From Octopus sinensis (Eukaryota), in assembly GCF_006345805.1 (NCBI RefSeq), contig NC_043007.1, forward strand, positions 58,280,001 through 58,344,000: DNA of 64,000 nt, read 5' to 3'. This document shows, one piece after another, positions 12,977-23,288 of the stretch. Position numbers and translations under genes: made by a program. The notes beneath the pieces are model-generated. The model had not been told where the DNA came from. It did no database searches and saw nothing but the letters and a program-made list of their open reading frames with translations. Within the stretch, counting starts at the first letter, position 1; each line of letters starts with the position of its first letter.

Positions 12977-13991
12977 AAAATGTATATATATATTAAAAAA
13001 TACAAAAAATAGGAATTAATATCTATTGTAACTTTTACCTATCAATATATATATAAAGATATGATAGTGAGAATAATATGTTAATGGAAAGTAAGAATTC
13101 GTATCAACCCCAAAATTAAAGAAAGGTGCAAAAATATTAGAACCAAAGAACAATACACTAAGAAGATATACAATCACAATCAATAGTCCTATACAGAACC
13201 AGTCAATAACAATAACAATAATAAATTATAAATAAATAATAATATAATAACAACAGTAATAATAACAAGAAAAATAATAATATTTCAAAAAATAATGAAA
13301 TAGAGAAACGATAACATGTCAAACTTAGCTTTGCGAAGTGAAAGAGTAACTGATTTTTAAAGTAAACAGTTAAAACGTTTATAAAATTTATCGCGTGGAG
13401 ACTTAGTGCAAAGAAATAGAATAAATACTTAATGAAATGGCAAAATACGAAAAAACGAAAAAACATTAAAGCCCCATGAACTAAAGAAATGTGAGAAAAA
13501 AGCACAACTTATGGAGAAACTAATATGAAGACACACAACTAAAACTAACAGATACCTATTAATATATCAATAACAAAATTAACCACAGCTAAACATTAAT
13601 CCAAAAATAATACAAAATTCAAACGAAAAGGAGAAAAGAACGTTGCTAAGTTAGTTGAGAAGATATCGCTAGATTATAAACGTAAAAAATAGATTTTAGC
13701 GTCTATAAGAAATAAAACTAGTGGAGAGGTTGCGTGGAAAAATAGAATAAAACTATAAATGAAAAAGGCTAAAAGGAATTTATTTATGAAATACGGGAAT
13801 TATCTAAACTTCATGAATCAAATAAAATTACTAAAAATAGTAAAAATAGTATATTAAGTATTACTTGTTCAACAACACTACCCGGACACTACATAAATAT
13901 ATATATATAGATAGATGGTGTAATTTAATTGTTCATTTTGAATTGATAAAAGGTGTTTTTTCTAATTATATACATATATATATTTATATAT

Positions 13992-14072
<81 letters not shown>

Positions 14073-14172
14073 ATTCATATCAACAATTGAGGGTAACATT
14101 AATTAATTATCAATTTACCATATATATTCATATATATATATTATATATATAATATATATATATATCATGTAT

Positions 14173-14230
<58 letters not shown>

Positions 14231-14321
14231 TATACATATATAAATATATATATATGTATATGTATGTATATGTATGTATATATATTATATATATATATAT
14301 ATAATATAATTATATATATAT

Positions 14322-15086
14322 ATATAAATTCAACAACAATTGAGGAACGGCCTCAATAGGCCATTCGACCCACTAGAAAGAGCAGCCAGGACTCAAACCG
14401 CCAAGAGTAGTAATTCAGAAATTAAAGGAAAATTTTCAAACCCACCTGGCTGCTCTTTCTGTGGGTCGAATGGCCTATTGAGGCCGTTCCTCAATTGTTT
14501 TTGAATTTATACATATAGTCTCTGACTATTTTCTCTTTCTCACTAGACCGCTGGTGGCGAAAGAATTTCTATTGAATTTTTTGCTACCTTATATTGATTA
14601 ATTGATGATCTTCTGACTAATTCTGAAATTGAATCAGCAGTTAATATTTGCTGCTGATAAGTTTGGCGCGATTACGGTGGGTCTGAAAATTTTAGGGCAG
14701 ATATTCCCGGGCATAGATACTGCCGCCTCGTGTATATCTGTCCCTCCTGGCTTCTTTACCGATCAGACGTAGCCTTTGGTAGATTGACTTGATTAAGTTT
14801 AATTTAGTTTAATTAGGCTGGTTTGCCATTAAAAACGTCGAAACAATGCATTGTCTAAAGATGAATAGGGTAAATGTTTTTTAATTTTCCTTTAATTTCT
14901 GAATTACTAATACTTGGCGGTTTGAGTCCTGGCTGCTCTTTCTAGTGGGTCGAATGGCCTATTGAGGCCGTTCCTCAATTGTTGTTGAATTTATATATAT
15001 AGTCTCTGATTATTTTCTCTTTCTCACTGGACCGCTGTTGGCAAAAAAATTTCTATTGAATTTTTTGCTACCCTATATTGATTAAT
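14322..15086 (+). mobile_element. Non-coding PLE-derived partial-tandem element with 5' inverted segment
   Basis: Direct repeats from 14445 and 14928 (period about 483 bp). 14322-14433 is the reverse complement of about 14883-14995. (TA)n flanks. Confidence 0.75.
14753..14861 (+). ncRNA. Hammerhead-like motif with mutated core
   Basis: TCTTTA-CCGATCA-GACGT...ACGTC-GAAAC-AATGCATT-GTC-TAAAGA. Perfect stems I and II, palindromic ACAATGCATTGT, core CCGATCA instead of CTGATGA. Confidence 0.65.
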
Positions 15087-15167
15087 ATATATATATAGCT
15101 TTATAATATATATATAGATATATATCATATTATAATATATATATTAATATATATATATATATATATA

Positions 15168-16199
15168 TAATTAATAAATAAATAAAACATATGCATATAT
15201 ACATACATATATGTACGTACCTACCTCTACATGTATATATACATGCATAATGGGTACAGGACACGAAAAAACGTCGAACACAATGAGAAACGAAAACATA
15301 AACACAAAACCAAGGAAATGGACATTCTTTTAAAACAACGAAAAAATAGAGTACAGGACATACAATACCAAGGAAAATTCCCCTTCTTCAGTCGCCTCCG
15401 TTTCATCTACTCCACGTTTCGAAGGTCAAGGCGATACATGATTTCGGTGAAATTTTCCTTCCCGCGAAAATCAAATTAAATAAAATTTGAGATTTTTTTG
15501 CGGAGGAGTAAAAATGGTAACAAAAACAGGACAGTAACGACAGTACAAAATATAAACAGTAAAAGACAGGACAGAGAATAACAGTAACACAAACAAGAAG
15601 GGCTGTTAAGCCAAACAAGATAAAAAAATTTTACGAACGCTATTGTTTGAGGACGGCAGAGAGAACAGATTACCGTCTCTACTTGACGGAGTCCAGGAGA
15701 AGAAAGACAGAAATAGCCATCTCATCACGTGACCGCGACGGGAGGGAGGAGGAGGAGAAAGAGAAAGGGAGAGAAAAAAGGGGGAATGGTTGTAGAGAAA
15801 AGAATGAAGAATGAGAAAGAAAGGGAGAGACAGTAAGGTAGAAGAAAAAGAAAGCCAAAGAATGAAGGCTGAGAAAGGGAGGGGAGAGAAAGGTTAAGAG
15901 TGCGCATCATTTTTAATATTAAGAACAATCTTACTTAGAAAGGGGTGCGTGCGTTCTGTCATATAATAAATTAATAAATAAATAAAACATATGCATATAT
16001 ACAAACATATATGTACGTACCTACCTCTACATGTATATATACATACATTTATGGGTACAGGACACCAAAGGAAATGGACGTTTTTTTTAAAACAACGAAA
16101 AAATAGAGTACAGGACATACAAAACAAGGAAAATTCCCCTTCTTCAGTCGCCTTAATTTCATCTACTTCACGTTTCGAAGGTCAAGGCGATACATGACT
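15168..16199 (+). mobile_element. Unclassified partial-tandem (LTR-like) non-coding element, family E (strand arbitrary)
   Basis: Terminal direct repeats about 15168-15442 and 15969-16199. A second copy lies in opposite orientation at about 20120-21180. Confidence 0.7.
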
Positions 16200-16423
16200 T
16201 CATATATATATATATATATATATAATATTAATTAAGGGTAGAAATTGATATTTATCAATTAAAACCGGTTAATTATTAGCTGCAGGCTGGTTTTTTTCGG
16301 GTCTCAACGCGCTAAAGTAAAGGCATTTGAAAGATACATTCGAATGTAATAGGTTGAACTCCATGCACGCGATACTCCGGTATCGTTTTTGCATCTAGTC
16401 CAGCAAATTGCATTTATAACGGA

Positions 16424-16487
16424 CCATGCTGATGAATGCTACAGTTATCCTTGCGGATAATAATAGCCGAAACTGATCAGTACATGG
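16424..16487 (+). ncRNA. Type I hammerhead ribozyme motif (GUA site)
   Basis: CCATG-CTGATGA-A-TGCTA-CA-GTTATCC-TTGC-GGATAAT-AA-TAGCC-GAAAC-TGATCA-GTA-CATGG. Perfect stem I and perfect ACTGATCAGT palindrome. Confidence 0.8.
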
Positions 16488-16673
16488 GTAATTATTTTAT
16501 TTCGTATATTTTCACTTGTTTATTGCTTTGGTTTTGTGCTGAGTTTGATTTGAGAACATAATCTTTTGTGGAGAATGGCGATTTGACGTCTATATCTAGC
16601 ATGTTGACTGTCCACTTTTCGTGTTCAGTCCTTAATTGGTATATATATATATATATATCTATATATATATATA

Positions 16674-16723
<50 letters not shown>

Positions 16724-16842
16724 CTGGAGAGGAGTCATTCCCTCTTAGTGCCTTATTATTTAACACATTCACCGGTAAAGTTTCCACTCATTTACTTATT
16801 TATTTTTCCTGAAATTTTCGTTGCATCTTGCAACATTTCAAT

Positions 16843-17095
16843 ACAAGGCTTAGTGGTTAAGGTGTTGCACTCACGATTGCGAGATCGTGGATTCGATTCC
16901 TAGACCGAGCGTTACGTTGTGTTCTTGAGCAAAGCATTTCATTTCACGTTGCGCTGCGATCATTTCGACATATGACATGCGGCATCCTTTGCACTTGCAC
17001 AGGTAATGTCGATCTGATGAAGAGAGTGAGCTTATCTGTAAACAAATAATCTGCGTGGTAATTCGGTAAGAAAGTGTCGAACCAAAAAGCAATGT
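16843..17095 (+). mobile_element. tRNA-derived SINE, family D
   Basis: GGCTTAGTGGTTAAGG (A box) ... GGATTCGATTCC (B box), followed by GTGTTCTTGAGCAAAGC body. Confidence 0.65.
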
Positions 17096-17395
17096 TTATC
17101 ATTCGCTAAAGTGGATGTTGTGTTAGAATACAAAATACTGCGTCATTTACAATGAAAGAACCACTCAAATGAACTTGTGGTGCTTAAAAGCACTAATGTT
17201 TATGTTGCTGTCCGGCGATAACTGTCCGCCACGCCCGTCAGAACTGTTAGATCATGCAATTTCGGCTTTTCTTGGACTTGTCAGTGAAAGACGTCCGCGG
17301 CTAGACATAGCAATCAATTCCTCCTGGACAGACACTGAAGACCGAAATAATCACGTGATGTATGTATATATACATACATGCATATATATGTCTGC

Positions 17396-17431
<36 letters not shown>

Positions 17432-17765
17432 ATGTATGTATGAATGTATGTATAACACAATAACTTGAATATTTATTCTTGACATGATCAAGCTGATTGG
17501 AACGCAAATGCGCCATCTGTCGTGTTCCTTACAGGAGAACAGCTTCTCCTTTGTGATGTGTTCATAACATACTCGTTTCGTTATTACAAGAGATTTTGGG
17601 ATGCCGATGTTTAGACATGTCTCGTGAGCCAGAGGAACCGGGATCGATTAATTTGACAAGCACAAATGTTCATTGACTCGTGCTGATTATAGCCAGTCGA
17701 TAATAAATCGTCATTTGCCGGTGACTATCAAGAATGTATATATATATATATATATATATCATATA

Positions 17766-17860
<95 letters not shown>

Positions 17861-18139
17861 TATATATAAGTGTATATAAATGTATGTGTATTTTTCAATG
17901 TGTATAAATAACACGGAAAAAATAAATAGTTACCGGGGTAGCGAAAATTCACATAAGTGCCAAGGATATTACAGCCTACTTATAAAGTTAGAAATTCCAG
18001 AGTAAGTGAAAAGTTTTTGTATAACATAGATAAATTAAGAAATGGAGTGAAACGCATGTTATTCAAATCTTCTAGTGGTGATTGAATCACGAATTCAATG
18101 TCTTAAACTATGTGTGTATGTGTGTGTGTGTGTGTGTGT

Positions 18140-18171
<32 letters not shown>

Positions 18172-18255
18172 GTGTGTGTCTGAATGTATGTATATATATA
18201 TATATATGTTTATATGTTTATGAATAACACCTGCATTTGACTATCTTTCTCAATT

Positions 18256-18304
<49 letters not shown>

Positions 18305-18309
18305 AATCA

Positions 18310-18907
18310 TTAATTAATATCTTAGGGTAGCAAGAATATTCATCGAATAATTCTTAGTTACCAGTGGTCTAGCGAGAAAAAAATTAGTCAATAGACTATA
18401 TATTATTCAGAGAAGAATACAGTTTACGTTCAAACACAAAAGAGATACCTGAAGAATAGGATATCTGACTCGCTAGAAAGAGCAGTTAAAACTCCAAGCC
18501 ACCAATTGTTGTAATTCTGAATGTGATTGAAAAATAAAAACATTTACCTTAATCCTAGACCCTGCAAGGTTTCTACAGACTTAAATACAGATTGAAATAC
18601 GATAATTTCAGTCTATATCTGGCGCTGCGTCCTCAGGAGGTTGCCAAGACTGAATCCATAGACATGGAGCTATCAGTAATCAGCCACGTGTCTATAGGTT
18701 CTAATTTTTTGAATTTACTGCGCAGAAGCGGAACTCAACCATCACTAAATATAAATATTGCCGATTTTCTTCCAGAATTAGCCAAAAAACATTTTATCAT
18801 TAATTAAAATCTTAAGGTAGTAAGAATATTCATCGAAAAATTCTTAGTTACCAGTGGTCTAGCGAGAAAAAAAAAGAATTTTTCGATGAATATTCTTGCT
18901 ACCCTAA
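18310..18907 (-). mobile_element. Non-coding PLE-derived partial-tandem element with 5' inverted segment (related to 14.3-15.1 kb element)
   Basis: Direct repeats about 18310-18385 and 18800-18875 (period about 490 bp). 18876-18907 is an inverted copy of the repeat. Shares CTAGAAAGAGCAG...GTAATTC...ACATTTACC with the 14.3-15.1 kb element. Confidence 0.7.
18552..18642 (-). ncRNA. Type I hammerhead motif, decayed stems
   Basis: Minus: AACCTC-CTGAGGA-CGCAG...CTGTA-GAAAC-CTTGCAGG-GTC-TAGGATT. Canonical core and GUC site; first pairs of stems I and II mismatched. Confidence 0.6.
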
Positions 18908-18976
18908 TGCCTGTAAATGTTCTATCGCTAGCCACTACACATTCTTTATTTTCCCTCCTTGTTTCTTTCTGTGTTC

Positions 18977-19012
18977 CTTTCTGTGGAAGAGCGTAGGCTC
19001 GAAACGTTAAAG
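18977..19012 (+). ncRNA. Ultra-minimal hammerhead-like motif, variant core
   Basis: CTTT-CTGTGGA-A-GAGC-GTAG-GCTC-GAAAC-GTT-AAAG. Perfect stems I and II; stem III reduced to ACGT. Confidence 0.5.
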
Positions 19013-19104
19013 ACTTTTTCACACTTCCCGAGCGTTATACTAATACATCTGCTTGTTGTCTACACCACCTGTCTTCGCCTTTTTTGTGAATTCTCCCCAA
19101 TATG

Positions 19105-19197
<93 letters not shown>

Positions 19198-20065
19198 CAG
19201 GTTCGATGGGTAAATTGTCACCATATTATATTTTTAACTTCGCGCATGCGCATTCCTTGTTTTTGATTTTGTTGACTACACAGTATAGTAGGATCAGTTG
19301 GGCATCGTCTGTGAGAGAAACACCACCATGACGCAATTAACTCAACCAGAGATTTGGAAACGATATGCTGTACAGCTTGGCATTCGCACCGGAAGCTCCA
19401 ATACGAACATTTCAGAGTGTTTGGGTGTCAATCTGAGGACAGTACAGAGAATTCAAATACATAAAAATCAAACATCCAGTCAACGTCATGGTGTTTGGAG
19501 TGATCACTAGTGATGTCGACGTTATGCCTTCATTCATCTTCGCACATGGCCTCACACTCAATACGAAGGCTTACGTTAAGTGCCTGGAGGAGTAGGTGCT
19601 GCACTGAGTCAAGAGGCTGGCTGCTGGAAGACCCTATGTCTAGTAACAGGACTCTGCACCATGCCACACAAGCAGTCTTGGCTGTCAGACAATTTCAGCG
19701 ATCATTTCACCTTTAACATCTGACCACCTAACTTCACTGACTGCAACTCCCTTGATTATTATGTGTGAGGCGCAGTTGTGCAAGAGGCCGACAAAACTCT
19801 TTTTAACACAACAGATGAACTGAAGCCAAGGATTATGGCAGCATTCACCAACTTAAACATGGCGACCATCAACAAAAGTTGCAGAAGATTCCAAAGTCGT
19901 CTGGAGGCTGTGGTTGAAGCCAATGGCGATTTTATTGAATAAATTTACTCTTTAGTATTTCAAGATATTTTTATGTAATTTTGGTAAATATATCTACTAA
20001 AATGACATGTCAGTGTTATTTTCATTTTAGCATAATTTAGACGACAGCTTATTCAGCGCACCCTG
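19198..20065 (+). mobile_element. Internally deleted Tc1/mariner-superfamily transposon (maT/DD37D-like)
   Basis: N-terminal HTH-like MTQLTQPEIWKRYAVQLGIRTGSSNTNISECLGVNLRTVQRI, then QDSAPCH and PPNFTDCNSLDYYV*GAV motifs. Degenerate TIRs CAGG-TTCGATGGGTAA / TTATTCAGCGCACCCTG followed by TA. Confidence 0.7.
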
Positions 20066-20119
20066 TATACACACATATCACCTCCCCCAGTGTTAAACTA
20101 ATATACCTGTTTGTAGTTT

Positions 20120-21175
20120 ATACACCTGTCTTGGTTTTTTTTTTTTGTTTTTTGTTGGGTTTTTTTTGTAAATTCCAACTATATATATATTTTTCGTTGT
20201 TTAAGAAAAATGTCCATTTCCTTGGTTTTGTGTTGACGTCTTTTTGGTATCCTGTACCCATATATGCATGTATATATACATGTAGATGTAGGTACGTACA
20301 TATATGTATGTATATATGCATACGTTTTATTTATTAATTTGTTATTATACGACAGAACGCACACATCCATTTCTAAGTAAGCTTGTTCTTAATATTAATG
20401 ATGCACACTCTTAACCTTTCTGTCCCCCTACCCTTCTCAGCCTTCATTCTTTCTGGCTTCCTTTTCTTCTACCTTACTGTCTCTCCCTCCCTCTCTCATT
20501 CTTCATTCTTTCTTGTTTTCTCTGCAACCATTCCCTTTCTCTTACTCCTCCTCCTCTGTTCCGTCGCTGGTCAGCGACAAGAAAACTACTGTCTACCTGA
20601 CCTCGCTTCCTTCGAGTGTAGACGGCTTTTCTGTGCCTCCTTCGCCGTTCTCAAAAAAAAAGCGTTCGTAAAATTTTCTCTCGTTTGGCTTAACAGCTCT
20701 CCTTGTCTGTGTTACTGTTATTCTCCTTGTCCTGTCTTTTACTGTTTATATTTTGTACTGTCTTTACTGTCCTGTTTTTGTTACCATTTTTACCCCTCCG
20801 CAAAAAAATCTCAAATTTTATTTATTTGCTTTTTGCGGGAAGGAATGTTTCACCGAAGTCGTGTCTCGCCGTGACCTTCGAAACGCGGAGTAGATGAAAC
20901 GGAGGCGACTGAAGAAGGGGAACTTTCCTTGTGTTCTTTATCCTGTACTCTAGTTTTTCGTTGTTTAAGAAAAATGTCCATTTCCTTGGTTTTGTGTTTA
21001 TGTTTTCGTTTCTCATTCTGTTCAACGTTTTTTTGTGTGTCCTGTACCCATATATGCATGTATATATACATGTAGATGTAGGTACGTACATATATGTATG
21101 CATATATGCATATGTTTTATTCATTAATTTGTTATTATACGACAGAACTCACGCATCCATTTCTAAGTAAGTTTG

Positions 21176-21180
<5 letters not shown>
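20120..21180 (-). mobile_element. Family E partial-tandem element, second copy (inverted relative to 15168-16199)
   Basis: Reverse-complement similarity across its length to 15168-16199, with internal direct repeats. Confidence 0.7.
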
Positions 21181-21216
<36 letters not shown>

Positions 21217-21414
21217 AGTAATTGAATGAATTATCTTATTAAGGATAATTCGAAAGATAACCGATACCTGGGTAGCAAATTCACATCAGAAAGAACACGG
21301 TTGAAGCTACGTCCCTAGGACATAGACTACGTGTCTTCGTGCGGAAATTTGTATGTTTATTTTAAAATTATAAGTATATGAAAGAATGGAGTTGAACGAC
21401 TAGTTAACAAATAT

Positions 21415-21509
21415 CCTTTATTCTCGACATATGTTTCGAAGGCTGCATATTCCTAATTCCGAAGGAATAAGGAGTACATTATGCAGATTTCTCATCAGGA
21501 AAATCAGGG
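21415..21509 (-). ncRNA. Type I hammerhead ribozyme (inverted pLTR copy)
   Basis: Reverse complement of the 22580-22674 motif; core intact. Confidence 0.8.
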
Positions 21510-21650
21510 GACTTATGTCGACATCAAAATGCACAAAATACTTTTAGCTGACCGCTCTCAAGGAACCCATGGTGATAATGAGTGTCTCTTTATAATGAGT
21601 GACGTCAAAGTGGCTGAATGTAGAAGAATCTAGAAGTTTCTAAAGGTTCC

Positions 21651-22025
21651 AAAATTAGAAACACCACTTACCAATGCAAAATCTCTTCTGGAACCGATGT
21701 CTACTTCTATATTGGCGCGACCTCTTCTAAATTAGCCCAAAGGATCTCCAACCATTATTCCACTCTCAGAGATAAGAGAAAGCAACACAGCACGGGGCTA
21801 AGCAAATTAGTCTGGCGTCTGAAGAACAATAACACTACGTTCAAGCTCGAATGGTCCATTTTGTCGGTCTCCTTCCCGTTTGATAAAGGCAGAAAATTTT
21901 GTGGCATCTGTAATTCCGAACTTTTTCATATTTTGTTCGCCAGAGGCCCTTTAATAAACACAATCGTCGAAAGATCCTACAGGTGTTTACACTGGAAAAG
22001 ACACACCTTTCACTCATATAAATAG
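21651..22025 (+). pseudogene. Penelope-type GIY-YIG endonuclease C-terminal fragment (no start codon, missed by ORF track)
   Basis: Open frame KIRNTTYQCKISSGTDVYFYIGATSSKLAQRISNHYSTLRDKRKQHSTGLSKLVWRLKNNNTTFKLEWSILSVSFPFDKGRKFCGICNSELFHILFARGPLINTIVERSYRCLHWKRHTFHSYK*, with YIG, R..NH, CxxC and C.H motifs. Confidence 0.8.
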
Positions 22026-22579
22026 TGACTAATATAGATGACCCCTCGATTTCCCCAAAAAAATTTTTGGTATATTTCACCCCAATAGTCAAAAAGATTT
22101 TTTTATATTCCCAATTACTACTATCCATTCTTGCGTTGCCTCTCACCTCGTCCGATTCTTTCTCCATTTCGCTATCTACTTTCCTTTCTCTACAGTAAAC
22201 ATAATCGAACACACAGACACAGACCTTTCACCTTACGGCTGTCAGTTTTCTGACATCTACCCATCCACAAACACAATCACGCATTCAGACACACACATAC
22301 ACACATTAAGACAGTTATATACAGTCACACACAGGCACTCATTCACAAAAGAAATCATTTAAACCCACCATTCTTTTGACCTGCAATCTCTCACCTTACT
22401 ATTCGTATGCCTCCCTCCTCCTACTTCGTTTGAACTCTTGAACCTTTAGAAACTTCTAGATTCTTCTACATTCAGCCACTCTGACGTCACTCATTATAAA
22501 GAGACACTCATTATCGCCATGGGCTCCTTGAGAGCGGTCAGCTAAAAGTATTTTGTGCATTTTGATGTCGACATAAGTC

Positions 22580-22674
22580 CCTTGATTTTCCTGATGAGAA
22601 ATCTGCATAATGTATTCCTTATTCCTTCGGAATTAGGAATATGCAGCCTTCGAAACATATGTCGAGAATAAAGG
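22580..22674 (+). ncRNA. Type I hammerhead ribozyme, fully canonical core (GUC, predicted cleavage after 22663)
   Basis: CCTTGATTTTC-CTGATGA-G...long stem II (CTGCAT/ATGCAG, ATTCCT/AGGAAT)...C-GAAAC-ATAT-GTC-GAGAATAAAGG. Stem I pairs at 10 of 11 positions; ACATATGT palindrome. Confidence 0.85.
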
Positions 22675-22714
22675 ATATTTGTTAACTAGTCGTTCAACTC
22701 CATTCTTTCATATA

Positions 22715-22772
<58 letters not shown>

Positions 22773-22775
<3 letters not shown>

Positions 22776-23183
22776 TCTTTTACACTTTTACTCTTTTACT
22801 TGTTTCAGTCATTTGACTGCGGCCATGCTGGAGCACCGCCTTTAATCGAGCAACTCGATCCCGGGACTTATTCTTTTGTAAGCCCAGTACTTATTCTATC
22901 GGTCTCTTTTGCTGAACCGCTAAGTAACGAGGACATAAACACACCAGCATCGGTTGTCAAGCAATGCTAGGGGGACAAACACAGACACACATACACACTC
23001 ATATATATATACATATATACGACGGGCTTCTTTCAGTTTCCGTCTACCAAATCCACTCACAGGGCTTTGGTCGACCCGAGGCTATAGTAGAAGACACTTG
23101 CCCAAGGTGCCACGCAGTGGGACTGACCCTAGAACCATGTGGTTGGTAAACAAGCTACTTACCACACAGTCACTCCTGCGCCT

Positions 23184-23184
<1 letters not shown>
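22773..23184 (-). mobile_element. SINE family A
   Basis: High similarity to 2007-2423. Confidence 0.85.
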
Positions 23185-23235
<51 letters not shown>

Positions 23236-23248
23236 TATATATATATTA

Positions 23249-23286
<38 letters not shown>

Positions 23287-23288
<2 letters not shown>

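Larger units (their letters stand above)
21369..22720 (+). mobile_element. 5'-truncated Penelope-like element: inverted pLTR + GIY-YIG + 3' pLTR
   Basis: About 281-bp near-perfect inverted repeat (21369-21649 vs 22440-22720) around a GIY-YIG reading frame. A hammerhead lies in each arm; (TA)n on the right. Confidence 0.85.

Noticed and set aside
15380-15430. CTGAAGA and GAAAC words in family E repeats (also 20875-20915)
   Set aside because: Order and pairing do not fit type I, II or III hammerhead topology.
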